Assembly (NCBI GenBank): GCA_964016885.1
Contig: OZ024741.1
Location: 302,436,001 to 302,500,000 of the forward strand
DNA: 64,000 nucleotides
Source of the DNA: Eledone cirrhosa
Taxonomy: Eukaryota
Direction: 5' to 3'
The notes under the pieces were generated by a model. It saw nothing but the letters and a program-made list of their open reading frames with translations, had not been told where the DNA came from and did no database searches. Below are positions 27,201 through 40,249 of the stretch, one piece after another. Every line of letters begins with the position of its first letter. Positions within the stretch are counted from its first letter, which is position 1. A program made the translations under genes and the position numbers.

Positions 27201-30200
27201 TGCTTTGAACAAATAGAGACAATGTAGAGAAGTGAGGAATCTTTTGTCATGCAGGAGACAAGGCAAGCGCTCTAGCGCTGGTGCCAAATTAAATGCATCC
27301 AGTGTACTCTGTAGTGATAGGTTGGTGATAGAAAGATTATCCAACCATAGAAAGTATACCAACAAAGGAATGCCCAACCTATGCCAACATGGAAAGCAAA
27401 CTGATGATGATGACTATTTATCATCTGCCCTAACAACACACAATAATACAATGCTAATACAATAATTTAAACACTAACATGATTTCACAAAACAATATAA
27501 CCCAGTGTACACCATGAAGTGGTTGGCATTACGAAGGGTATCTAGCCATAGAAACTACACCAGAATGGAAAGTATGAGTAAGACAGTCATCTTACCTTTT
27601 TATCCTCAGAATGTAACAACCTATCTAGTTGCATAGAAGCATAGAAAATAGACATAAAACGGTGTAATGATAATGATACCTATACACGTATAGAGAGCTA
27701 TTAATGCCATAAAGTCTCAGTCTGTCTCAAGCCAGAAGGCTCGTCAGGCCAGTGCTTATCCCAGTTTCATGACGTGAAGTGACTGAGAGTACAAGACTCC
27801 CATCTGGACATGACGCCAATCCATTGCAGGGTTAAACCCCCAGCTATTGCTAGTATTCATTTGCAGCTGAGTACACTGAAACAATGTGAAATGAAGTTTT
27901 GCTCAAGAACACAACATGTAACCCAGCCCAAGAATCGAACTCGTGACATTATGATCGTAAGTCCAACACCCTTACCACTAGGCATGCACCTTGACAATGC
28001 CATAAAGCAGTATTCAAATATGTTCTAAAGAGATGGAGACAGAATAGAGCAATTACCTGGAACTTCAGAAAAACTTTGGCCTATTACAGAAACCAAGAAA
28101 TCAAAATTTTCTTCATGTAGCCAATTCAATACATTAAAAAATTTCTCTGGGTCTTTATCATGCTCCCTGAAAAAATTTAACAGTATGAATTATCATTATT
28201 AGTATCAAAGGAATGCTCATAAAAGAAATCATTATAATCAATGTTTTATCTACTGGGACAAGATGCAAGGCTCTGCCATACAGAATATTGCCACTAATCT
28301 CAGTTTTTTTATTATTTCATTTGAGTGGCCAAATATCTTGAGATCTGACTTCCTCACTTTTCACATCTTTTAGCTTCTTCATCAATAGCATGTGGCCCTT
28401 TTTCATCCATCATTGACCCATTTGAAACAACAAATTACCAAGCTCATACAATCTCGAGCCAATGCGAGGTCCTTTACATGGTCACTCAACCTGCTAGAAA
28501 TAGCAACCAAATCACACCACCATCTTAGAGAAATAGTTTGGATAACATGTGTCTGTACATTACTAGAAATCCCATATGTTATAAAATAAATAGGATATGT
28601 AAACCAAACGACTAATTCTGGTTTTTAAAAGAATCAACAGAGAAAAATTACCGATTTTCCTGCTCCACCTATTATTTGGGACCTGAGAGTACATCGGAAA
28701 AATATTTTAAAATAATACTTATCTGACGAGAAAGAAAAAATATCTAATCAAATTTGTTGTTTACTCACCAACGATGTGGCCAAACAATATGTAATGTTTT
28801 ATCAGTTTGTAGTTCTGCTGGTGATATCTCTGGTACAGAAGTGTTTTCACTGATGTTATCAATAGTATGTTGGCAATCAATCTCAGAATTTATATGATGC
28901 TTCCCATTTACCAATATTTCCTCACCTGTCTTGGACATTTGTACAGTTAGTTTTTCACATGAACTAGATTCTTCTGTCTCCTTTAAAATTTTCTCTAAGC
29001 ATGTGTCCATCATACTGCCATGTGTGAAGTGTGAGTATTTGTTTTCTAATGATCTTTCTTCTGTCAGACAATCAGGAAAAGATAACGGGAAGTATAAGAC
29101 TCGGCATTTTGGCAAGATTTTTTTAATAAGATCTTTTGGATGGTAATCGGGTATGATGTTCAGAAATTTGTTGATGTTCTGTAGAAATGTGTTCTTATTG
29201 AATTCTGAGTTGAAAACAACAACATCGGCTACAACACTGTTAAAAGTATAGAGATTTCAAAGATTTTCAGCAATGTAGAAGGAAAATATAAAAACACAAA
29301 TTTATTTCATAATAATTAGAATATGCTTACCATGATAAAATCTGGTTGTATCCATATTGAAAATCTCTGGTCTGTTCTTTTTTGACAGGATAGATAAGTT
29401 GGTTTTCATGAAAATAGATAACCTTATGTAGGCAAGCCAAGTCAGGGCGTAGTGCTACTAATTCAGCAAGATTTAATACAGAACTTGTAAATAAAGAACT
29501 GAAAAAATAAATAAATAAAAGAACTTTAGAATTCTATTTTGGATACATATAAGGACTATATTGAAAATTAGACACATTCCCACTATATTGAAAAATGGAA
29601 AGATACATCATCACCGTTTAACATCTATTGTTCATGCTTGCATAGGGTAGACAGGCTGTCATGTAGTGAGGTCAAGCAGGTAAGGTGACTATGTCTTGTT
29701 CATACAATCTGGTTTGGTTTTCTATGATCAGATGCCCTTGCTAATGTTAACTACATAACAGGGTGGACTGGATGCTTTTGTCATAGTACCAATATAACCA
29801 CTTTATAAGGTGGACTATGTACTTTTCATTGTGGCACCAGCATTACCACTGTACGGGATACACTGGGTTCTTTTCATTGTGATACCAACACTACAACCAT
29901 ACATGATGGACTGGGTGCTTTTTATTGTGGCATCTGCACTACCACCATACAGAATGGGCTGGGTGCTTTTTGTCATGGCACCAGCATTATCACCGTATAG
30001 TGTAGTAGGCTAGATGCGTTTTGTCTTGACACCAGCACTACCATTGCACAAGGTGGGCTGGGTGATTTTTTTTTTGGGGGGGGGGGGAGTGTCTTAACAC
30101 TTGAACTATCATTGTACAAGATGAACAAGGTGTTTTTTGTTGTGACACCAGCACTAACAGAAGACCACTATACTGAAAACTGAATATATATATATGTGTG

Positions 30201-33200
30201 TGTGTGTGTCACGGCAAAAATCACCCAGTCCACAATGGGAAGTGGTTGTGTAGGTGTCACGACAAAAAGCACCTAGTACTCACTGTAAATAGTTGGCACT
30301 ATGAAGGGCATCCAGCTGTAGAAACCAAGTCCCAAATTGGTTCTGTATGAGCATGTCATAGTCACTTGACCTAGCATTGCTCAGGATAACTCATCTAACC
30401 CGTGCCAGCATGCAAAAATGAACATTAGATGATGATGATTATGATATATATATATATATATATAACGAAGAAAGTGTGGTAAGGAACCAAGTGGACCATA
30501 ATGCACCAGAGTACTCAATACTTTGGGTAGTAGAGTGGTTAATAGGAAAATGTTCAAGAGCCCGACGGCAGAGCTCAAGCCGTTTCGACGGCTATTTCTG
30601 GACTGCCGTCGGAGTCTTGAACATTTTCCTATATATATATATATATATATATAACCAGATGCCTATGGGAACTCCTGTATGCAGATGACCTCGCACTTAT
30701 AGCTGAATCTATGGTAGAACTAGAGAAGAAATTCGAAACATGGAAGCAGGGACTAGAAAGAAAGGGTCTCAAAGTCAACCTGACAAAGACTAAGGTCCTT
30801 GTAAGTAGACGAGAAAACAAAACCCAGATCCCCTCAGGGAAATGGCCTTGCTCAGTATGTAGGAAAGGTGTAGGTAGGAACTCCATCCTCTGCCCCAAAT
30901 GCAAACAATGGGTACACAAGAGATGTAGTGGGATCTCAGGAAGCTTAACTAAGAATGTAGGCTTCACATGCAGCAGCTGTGCTGGGACAGCAAGCAGCAA
31001 ACAGCCACAGGAAACAAGTACCACCAATCTCAGGGAGGGCTCTGTAGAAACAGTAGACAGCTTCTGCTACGTAGGTGACCGAATTAGCAGCGGAGGTGGG
31101 TGTTCAGAAAGTACAATAACTAGGGTAAGAACAGGATGGAAGAAGTTCAGGGAGCTACTGCCACTGCTAGCTGCAAAAGCTTTTCCCTCAGAATGAAAGG
31201 CAGACTGTATGATGCGTGTATCATCATCATCATCGTTTAACGTGCATTTTCCACGCTAGCATGGGTTAGACGGTATACGAACAGCAATGTTTCATGGTAG
31301 TGAGACCTAGGCGCTGTCTGTAGAAGACTTGTGTAGATTAGAAAGAAACGAAGCCTGCATGCTCCGATGGATGTGTAATAGTAATATACGCAAATGGCAA
31401 AGCATAAACGAATTGAGAGAGAGACTGAGCATAAGAGGAATCAAATGCTGTGTGCAGGAGAGGCCGTTGCATTGGTATTGACATGTGATGCGTATGAAGG
31501 ATGACAGCTGCATAAAAAGGTGCAGAGCACTAGAAGTCGATGGAATCCGCAGAGTGGGAGACCCAAGAAGACTTGGGATGAGGTGATAAAAGCCGACCTT
31601 ACCCAATTACACCTCTCAAAGGCGATGACACACGACCGTGACCTCTGGCGTCACGCAGTTATACAGAAGACCCGACCCCCCACAGGTACAAGCCGAAGCT
31701 GAAGCATATAGACAATATGACCCCACACCCTCTCATTGCAAAGTGGTCGTGGAGGTGCCACGGTAAAAAAGCACCCAGCCCACACTGTAAAGTGGACGTG
31801 TAGGAGCCACGGAAAAAAAAGCACCCAGCACTCACTGTAAATGAGGTTGGTGTTAGGAAGGGCATCCAGCTGTAGAAATCAAGCCAAATCAGTTCCCGTA
31901 TGAGCAAGGCATGGTCAGCCGACCGGCTATTGCCCACAACAGGACAACCCGTCTAACCCATGCTAGCGTGGAACAACGGACGTAAAATGGTGGTGATGAC
32001 CACTATACAATTGGACACAAAGCCACTGTGTAAAAAACTGAATACACATAATCACTGAATTGAAAACTAGGTACATCATCATTATAGTTTAATGTCCACT
32101 TTCCTTGTTAGCAAGGTTTGAACAGGTCGTTAACAGACCGGATTGGTACTCAAGCTACTAACCAGCTTGTTGAGAACTCGACCAAATTATCAGACAGGCT
32201 GGCAGCTCGCAACTCACATACTGTCCCATGAAAACTGAAGACATAATTCTTATAATAATTGTTTCTACTTTTGGCACAAGGCCAGCAATTATCACAGTGA
32301 ATTACTGGTACTTTATTTTATCGACCCCGTAAAGATGAAAGGCAAAGCTAACCTCGGCGGGATTTGAACTCAGACTACAAAAGGCCATAACTTTATGCTT
32401 GCAAAGCATGGCGTCCGACCCTTTACCGATACTGCCAATCCACCGCCCTGATTCTTATAATAATGACAATTATTGTGTACAGTAATACATATAATCTTTA
32501 TATTGAAAACAGGAAACAAGTAACTGAACCACATAAGCACCATTAAAACATTTACTGTGGCTATGTGGTTAAGTTCACTGCCACCGTGTTTCACCTTTGA
32601 CAAGTGTCTTCTATAGTCTCAGGTTGATCAATTTCTCCTGGTTGAATGTCGGTGTGTTCGACTACCGTCGGTTCTGCGGAGTGTTCCAGTGGATTCAATC
32701 AACAGATCAGCCTGCTAGGGAAATTAACGTGCAAGTGACTGGGCATTCCACAGACACGTGTGCTCTTAATGATTTAGCGTGATACAGAGCTGGCTCTTTG
32801 AATCACAGGCACAACTAATTTTTTCATAGCTGACTAGACAGGAGCAAAGCGAAATAAAATGTCTCGCTCAAGAATACAACGCATCGCCGGCTTATGTGTG
32901 CGTCTCGTACAAAAAAAAATTAAAGAAAATGATTTTAAAAAGTACTAGAACTGAAAAAAAAACATACTGGGGTCGATATGGACGAATAAATTTCTTTAAT
33001 GCAGTGCTCCAGCATGAGCGCAATCTAATAACACAATGAAACATAACTAGAGATAATAACTAGGACAGCGCTGTTGTTAAAGATCAGATTTCTCCCCCTT
33101 CCTCAATACATACCAACGTGTCCCAGTTTATGAACTTTCTCAACAGCAGACTATAATAAACCAATACTTCATGACTGCATACCGGTACATTTGTTATTAA

Positions 33201-33690
33201 GATGGCATGACAAAAATATATAAATTTCGTTCATATTTTTTTTTCTTTATTATCCCTTTTAATACCAAATCGCTTGAAATGTCTCTGGTTATATAATAAA
33301 AAAAAACATTTATTTTAAAGTGTTTATATTTATCTATAAACGTATCAAATATTATTTTATGCTCGAAACACCAGCTAAATAATAAGAAAATTAGTTGTAT
33401 TACAAAATCCCACAAAACTCTTGATTATTTTCGAAAATCATACGGAATGCTTTTTTGCTTTCTTTTTCTTTAGAAATATGGTAATGAAAGAGTTAATAAA
33501 ACACTAACCTGTAGTTATTTTCATTTTCTGGTATAATTTCGCTAAATTGCAATGCTGACGTCCTCGCTTTCCAATGCCATTTTTTCGCCGGCAACTTAAA
33601 AACACAACACTGGGGTATGTTCGCAGCTAAATAATCAATCAGCTGTTTGTGAGAGCCGCCATAAAAGGCCTCCAACAATATTATAGTCAT
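15184..33690 (-). CDS. GTDC1: tRNA-queuosine alpha-mannosyltransferase (GTDC1/QTMAN), complete 8-exon CDS, 439 aa
   Basis: complement join(33509..33690,29331..29498,28769..29236,28057..28166,25146..25290,23796..23866,18226..18317,15184..15267) = 1320 nt with consistent phases; motifs [72 protein letters not shown]. Confidence 0.95.
15397..15734 (+). mobile_element. tRNA-derived SINE family B with RTE-derived 3' tail
   Basis: A-box TGGCTTAGTGG, B-box GTTCAATTC, central CCTTGAGCAAGACACTT block, 3' end shared with the local RTE LINE, (TGA)n tail; copies at about 7615-7902, 10456-10794 and 42672-43009(-); relatives at 3780-4075(-) and 27720-27990(-). Confidence 0.85.
16856..18015 (+). mobile_element. 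Non-autonomous Helitron in GTDC1 intron 7
   Basis: A|TCTACTATATAAATGGCAATTTCTGTCTGTCTG start; CCCGG-GTATTA-CCGGG hairpin 8 nt before the CTAG|T end. Confidence 0.7.
18226..18317 (-). CDS. GTDC1: GTDC1 coding exon 7
   Basis: [21 protein letters not shown]; cttttag acceptor, AAG|gtaaat donor. Confidence 0.9.
18976..21857 (+). mobile_element. Long RTE LINE copy (end of APE domain, RT with PHD finger, 3' UTR); inactivated
   Basis: ORF pieces 19138-19587, 19458-20288, 20358-20573, 20582-21067, 21087-21512; YADD motif; premature TAA at 20286 and frameshifts; antisense within GTDC1 intron 6. Confidence 0.92.
22102..22303. mobile_element. Second TTAA-flanked (piggyBac-like) MITE family
   Basis: TTAA-TCCTTT ... 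AAAGGA-TTAA; related copies at about 8585-8845, 23891-24370, 24575-24735, 40100-41824 and 62441-63020. Confidence 0.6.
23796..23866 (-). CDS. GTDC1: GTDC1 coding exon 6 (GC donor)
   Basis: [23 protein letters not shown]; G|gcaagt donor. Confidence 0.9.
25146..25290 (-). CDS. GTDC1: GTDC1 coding exon 5
   Basis: [32 protein letters not shown]; AT|gtaagt donor. Confidence 0.93.
28057..28166 (-). CDS. GTDC1: GTDC1 coding exon 4
   Basis: [10 protein letters not shown]...[12 protein letters not shown]; G|gtaatt donor. Confidence 0.93.
28769..29236 (-). CDS. GTDC1: GTDC1 coding exon 3
   Basis: [13 protein letters not shown]...LHIVWPHR; follows a 94-nt intron; TG|gtgagt donor. Confidence 0.92.
29331..29498 (-). 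CDS. GTDC1: GTDC1 coding exon 2
   Basis: [20 protein letters not shown]...[13 protein letters not shown]...[10 protein letters not shown]; TG|gtaagc donor. Confidence 0.93.
30654..31999 (+). mobile_element. RTE LINE 3' portion (YADD, PHD finger, 3' UTR)
   Basis: ORF 30711-31196 with CSVC..CPKC..HKRC..CSSC; tail near 31999. Confidence 0.9.
33509..33690 (-). CDS. GTDC1: GTDC1 coding exon 1
   Basis: ATG at 33690; [17 protein letters not shown]...; AG|gttagt donor. Confidence 0.93.
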
Positions 33691-34110
33691 TGTGTATTTG
33701 TAGCAACAGTGTAAGTATAATTCAACAACTAAAATTATCCCGTTCGCTACTCATTTTGAAAGCTATTCAAAGAAAGCTTTGCGCACACATGCGAAATGAT
33801 GAAGAAAAAAAAATCAAAACAAGTTATTACATCCGGCGGAAAAGAATTATATCCGGGTTATATTGTAAATAACAATTTATATATCAATAGATGTGTCAAT
33901 ACAATTTATGTAACGAATGAGATCATGCAGATATATATACTGTACTAAAAAAAAAAGGAGGAGGAGGAGAAAACACAACCACACACCATCACAAGACGAG
34001 CTGGAGCTGGAAAATCCCCCCACCCCTCAGTTAAGGTTTTTGTTTATTTTCATTCAGTTCAGCTATTACTAAATTCGATATTTTCGAATTTATAATGATA
34101 GAAAAGATTT

Positions 34111-35135
34111 GGCACTACAACGCCATTAGCTGTCAGTCGAAAGCAGCCGATGAAAGCAAAACATCGTTTATTTCCGTATTACTACCACGCGTAAGTGGAG
34201 TTACTTAAATGAAATTTCTTTTAAAGCATATAGATGTAAGTGGAGTTACTTAAATGAAAATATCACTCGTTTTTTTATTAAAGCATATCGATGTAAGTGG
34301 AGTTACTTAAATGAAAATATAGGTGACCCTTAAAAGGGCCAAATTAGAAAACAAATTTAAGTTAATTAGAAAACAAGTCATGGTTATCAAATAAATTGGA
34401 TTTAATCATTTATATTTTCATAGTCAGGGTTATCAATGTAGAAAACAAGGCATTTTCACCAACAGTGGAGTTACTTCTGACAGCTAATACCATGAACTAT
34501 ATTTTCATAGTCATGGTTATTAATGTAGAAAAGAAGTCATTTTCACCAACAGTGGAGTTAACTTAAATGAACATTTTTTTCACCAACCTTATTCAAAAGC
34601 ATGGATACAGTCCACATGGAGACAAGAGACAATCCCCATGGAGATTGATGGTATCTGCTGTAGTAGCGGTAGCGATGGAAAGATCGCGATGGTTAATTCC
34701 ATTAACAATTTGGCCCTTTTAAGGGCCACCTATATTTTCATTTAAGTTAACTCCACTGTTGGTGAAAATGACTTGTTTTTTTACATTGATAACCATGACT
34801 ATGAAAATATAGTTCATGGTATTAGCTGTCAGAAGTAACTCCACTGTCAGAAGTAATTTCCATTGTTGGTGAAAATGATTTGTTTTCTACATTGATAACC
34901 ATGACTATGAAAATATAAATGATTAAATCCAATTTATTTGATAACCACGACTTGTTTTCTAATTAACTTACATCGATTTGCTTTAATAAAAAAAAAAAAA
35001 AAAAAAAAAAAACGCGTGAAAACTCCACTTACGCGTGGTGGTAGTAATACGGAAATAAACGATGACGAATGACGTCACCTTCGCCTGCTTTCATCGGCTG
35101 CTTTCACGACTGACAGCTAATAACGTTGTAGTGCC
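34111..35135. mobile_element. Non-autonomous fold-back DNA transposon (Merlin- or MuDR-like)
   Basis: Long TIRs starting GGCACTACAAC and ending GTTGTAGTGCC; 8-bp TSD AAAGATTT at 34103-34110 and 35136-35143; reiterated AGTGGAGTTAC motif. Confidence 0.85.
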
Positions 35136-35776
35136 AAAGATTTTTTTTAAATACGTGTATCGATCAAATAAAAACAGTATTAAAAAAAACAAACAGAAAT
35201 GGAGTTGTTTGTGTAAAACATCGTTCAAGTCATTTTGATGTATATCTGGTGTCACTTTGTTTAATATATTTTGGAGCAAATGATACAATGTTAAAATTAA
35301 ACGTAATGTCATACTTTACGTTTGTAAAACAAATGTATCGATGATGAGTTGGCTCCCCTATGATATTACCGTTTGTATGTTTTTAAGCACAATGAGTGCA
35401 TCTAGAACTACATTGTGTAATCTTCGCCTTTTTAAGGACGGTACGGTGTGATTGAGTGACATTTGATTACCATTTCTAGCAGGTTGAATATCCACGTAAA
35501 GATTTGACTTTATTACGTACACTAGGAATAACAATAATAATCGTGTAGACCAAAATGTCCTAAGAGCCAACTTATTTGTGTATGCTTTTACTTATGTAAA
35601 ATATAATAGTAAGAAAATATATTTAGTTTTGTTCAATTTAAAAAATTGCAATGGAAATATTTATATCTTTAAAATCTCATTAGTAATATATAAAACGAAA
35701 TTGCTAATTACAAATTGAAAGTTCACTAAACGTCTTTAACAAACTAATCTATCAAATACAGATAACGAATTCGCTT

Positions 35777-35850
35777 GGCTCTATAGCTCAGTTGGTTAGA
35801 GCGCCAGTCTAGTAAACTGGAGGTCGAGGGTTCGAATCCCCCTGGAGCCT
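35777..35850 (+). tRNA. trnT-AGT: tRNA-Thr(AGT)
   Basis: Acceptor stem GGCTCTA/TGGAGCC, D-arm GCTC/GAGC, anticodon arm CCAGT-CTAGTAA-ACTGG, T-loop TTCGAAT, TTTT just downstream; one A.C mismatch in the T-stem. Confidence 0.92.
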
Positions 35851-38800
35851 TGTTTTGATATTTATCTGTTATAAGAAGTAATGTTATTCATATGTCTTTC
35901 ATTACTTACAAAACTATGTTAAAACATTCTTTTGCTAGTTTTATTTTACTATTAGCCTCATCTTTGGAAATGTAACATCTACACAAGGGCGGTGGCTTTG
36001 CAGCATTCAATTACGGTTCTTTACATTCTGAGTTCAAATCTCAATGAGGTCAGCTTTGCCTTTCATCTTTCCGGGTCGATAAAATAAAGTACCAGTCAGT
36101 ACTAGGTCCTTGTAATCGACTCCTCACAAAATGTTGGCTTTGTGTCTAAAATAGAAATCGATATTTGCATCTTCCAACTGCCATACTTATTTTATCGATC
36201 TCCATTTCCACCAGTTTTGAAATCCATATACATTCAGAACAGATCAAAAATAATAGGAAAAAATTAAATTTCACCTCTCACCTCTAAGTGACCCCTCTCT
36301 ACTCTGGTAACTAAAAAATAATTAATTTACGACGGTTTTCAACGTCAGATTCGTTTAAAATAGATTTTAAAAAAAACATTGAAAAAACATAAATTTCACC
36401 TCTAACGCGAGACGGGTGTAATTGTAAAAAAAACATACAACTGTATATTTAAAAATTCAATCCAAAAAATATATTTTTCTGCCATGCTGCTGACTTTCTT
36501 CCAAAGACGAAGACAGACGTGTTTTTATGACCCAAATAGTTTAAGAGTCTCACCAACTAAATAAATAGATTATTCATTGATTACTCTCGAGTCTCGAATA
36601 ATGTCCCCCTCCCCCATCATCACCACCACCACATTAATTTCTTCAGATTTTTTCCAAATATCCCCGCTCATTAAATTTTGCTAATCTATCTCCAGCGAAA
36701 TTTTATTTTAAGTGGTAGCTTTCCTGTGACAATTAATTTTCTTTAAACATTAAAAAAACATTATACATGGCAAAAAAAGAACATTACAAGAAATCTCATA
36801 CGCTATAAAATAAATAGGGTGGGTTAGTGTCTCAATATGTAAACTAAACGACTAATTCTAGTTTTCAAAAAAAAAAAAAGAAATCAAGGGAGACAACCTA
36901 GAAAAAATTATCGATCTTATCCCCCCCCCCTTATTTAGTTACCCGAGAGTATATAATTGTTTCTACTTTAGGCACAAGGCCAGCAATTACCCAGTGCATT
37001 ACTGGTACTTTATTTTATCGACCCCGTAAGGATGAAAGGCAAAGTCAACCTCGGCGGGAGTATATAATGGTTCTTTTTTTATAATTATTATTCTATTCTT
37101 TTATTCTTATACTGGCTTCATCTATTTGACTGGGCTATATAGGACATTCAACTTTAAGGATTTAGTCGATCATATTGATTCAGTACTTATTTAATCTATT
37201 CCTATTTGTTGAACTGTAAAAGTGACAAGACACATGCAGACACAACATAAAAAACACTGGTTTTAACAATCACCAGTGTATCATATATAACCTATTATTG
37301 TTGACATTTAATTTCAGTTATCAATTCTGTGTGTGTAAGCATAAATATCAACAATCTATACCAACACTACCTCATTGGTATATGCCTGGCGAACACTCTC
37401 TGGTATGCAGAACCCCAGGTGCAAACCACCCCACAGTCCCAATGGACGGAATGGAGGAAACATTATCCCAGAGGGTAGCAAGGGAGATGTGTCGAAATAG
37501 CCATTTCAATTTCTGGGGCTCACTCCTGCGTGTGGCCAACTCCACCCCGATAGCAGTGAATAGGGAGGTGGTTCAGGGACCAATGTATATGTGTGTGTGT
37601 GAAGCATTGGTCAATCTGAGGATGTTTTTAGGAAATCATAATTACCCCTACTGAGTTATTGATGTGGGGTTGCTTTTTATTTATATATAATAAATTTTGT
37701 TCACATACTCACGAAGCCCAAATAACAGGTGGGTCAGAATAAGCATGGGTTGGAGGTGGAATAAGCGAGGGAGTTGGAATAAGTGGAGGTGGGTGGAAAA
37801 CGGTAATTTTTCGAGGTTGCGTTCCTTGATTTTTTAAAAACCAGAATTAGTTGTTTAGTTTGCATATTGAAACCCCAACCCATCCTATTTATTTTATAAA
37901 GTATGGGATTTCTAGTAATAAACTTTTTTGTCATGTATAATGTTTTTTAATGTATAAAGAAAATTAAGTGCTACCACTTAAAATAAAATTTCGCTGGAGG
38001 TAGTTTAGTAAGGAGGTAGGGGTTGGAAAAAATCTGAAAAATTGATAAGTGGGCGGAGAGGGGATTATTCGCACCTGAGAGTATATATACAATACTAAAA
38101 GAAGAAATAAAATGTTGGAGTGAAGATTCTTACACTCAATCACATGCCAGAACAAGGAGCTTCCCTCTAATAATTTTTGTAGCATTGCCATGCATGATAG
38201 CAAGTCTAAGGCACTGGAATAGTCAAGCACTCTTATGGGCATCACCTGATACACTGGTAAGGTGAACCACCAACAATGACAAAAACTTTGTTGTTAGTGG
38301 CCAAGCTCCCTCAAAACGTTTCAAATACCACAATCTGAAACAAATAGTTTACCAATAATTGCTGGTATTTAATTTTTTTTTCTGTTTGGATAGTTGTACA
38401 GTGTAACCCTCACCTTTACTGCAATGTCCAGGATGTGGGAAGGATCAAAAGAGTCACTAACTGTGGCATCTCAAATGAGACATTTACCTCTTACCTAGAG
38501 GCAAAGGGTAACACCATGTGGTTTCTTCCCATCAATCCTGGACAATTCAGCTGGCTCCAGAATTAAGGGGATATTAACTCATGCTAGGGCCTGCTTGATA
38601 ATTAGATTCAGTTTGGTATGTCGGGCAAAGCAAACTGCATTCAGGCAGCAAGACAACTCATGAAAACCCATGGATTCAAGAGACTTGCCTCAATGACATT
38701 TCAATCCTCCAATGAGAGTAATTTGGCTGCTATATTGAGAGGAATGTTGTTGTTTAGTCCAAAGTTGATTCTGATCAAGCAAAGACTTATAATCAAATGA

Positions 38801-40249
38801 ATTTCAACTGTGGCCATCTTACAGTTGTTTCATGCATAGTGTATCCAGGACTTCATTTTCAAATGTTCCTTTTATGAGATGGTAAAGTGTTGTTTGAAAA
38901 AGATCTACCTGCTATATATAGCAGTTCAAGTGATCATTGGCAACAATATAGAAGTTTCTACGAAGGTAAAAGGTCAAGAGAGATTAAAGATAAAGGTGAT
39001 ATTCATTCTTGCCTTAAGAAAGACAGCTGAAGGCTATCTTTTACATTATCTAGACTCCCCACCACACCTGCTGTCAATAATAGTAATGAAAATAACTGCT
39101 TTATACCTCATAAAGTCATGACTCAATCATCTAATAATTGCACAAAGCATAAACCTACAGGGATAAAGAGTTGAACCCCACTAATTCTAATTGAATTCAG
39201 CAGCATCAACATTATCAATTGCAATATTTTCTCTGGCTCTGAACATTCTGAGTTCAAATCCTGCCATGGCCAACTTAAGTACTGGGATTACCCTCCCCTC
39301 AAATTTGCTTGCCCTGTGCCTAAAGTAGAAAACATTCTTGTCACCATCGATTGCTGCCCACCATTGTCTTCATAATGATTGTCATTGTTGTTTCAGTGTC
39401 TGATTTAACATAGTAGCTGGAACTAAATATATCAGCAGATATTATTTTCTTCTTGTAAAGTCTAAAATCTTTAAGCTCCAATCTCACCGCTTCTTTAAAC
39501 GTCTGCCTTAGTCTTCATACGTAATTTTTCACTACGTGCATACATCAAACATACAACTCCTTGTCCAAGGCCATCCTTCAGGACATAGTCAAGGGAGGGT
39601 GAAGAAGAGGCAGACAAAGAAAATCCTGATCCGACCACATCAAAAACTGATCTAGCCACAACACCAAAAACCTTTGCATGACGGAGAATAGAAATCAATG
39701 GCGATGACTGACTGCAAAAGCATCTAGAGTGATTGCAAAAGCTGCAAGAACATAACATGACATACATTAAAAAGTAAAAACAACATTATCAACAAAGGTT
39801 GTACTAGATAAAGAACTCTAACAAAGACCTTTTTACATAAATTGTCATTGGAGGAGGAAATAGTTGTGTATGCACATGTATGTGTATCTCTGCATATGTG
39901 TATTTGTGTGTGTGTGTGTACATGTATTAGGAAGGACTTTGCAGATGAGGAAGATATAGAAAAAAGTCTATGTGAAGGCTGAATTGAGTCTGCTGACCCT
40001 AATGAATGAGATAACAACTTTTCCACTTTGATAAGAATTTTTTGGGTAATCCTTCACACATTGTTACCTTCATCAGTTACGTGAGCCCTAGCTTCTTCAT
40101 TAACCCTTTCATAACATTATTTCTAATGAAATACACTCTATTTCAATTAATTGATTAAGAATTTTGAGGGATTTACTAAAATTATTAATTATTTCATTAT
40201 TGAAATAGTAACTTAACATGGTTCTTATATAAAATATAAGATTTTAATT

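Noticed and set aside
33690-35850. Functional link between QTMAN and the neighbouring tRNA
   Set aside because: Queuosine occurs in Asp/Asn/His/Tyr GUN tRNAs and mannosyl-Q in tRNA-Asp; tRNA-Thr(AGT) is not a substrate, so adjacency is probably coincidental
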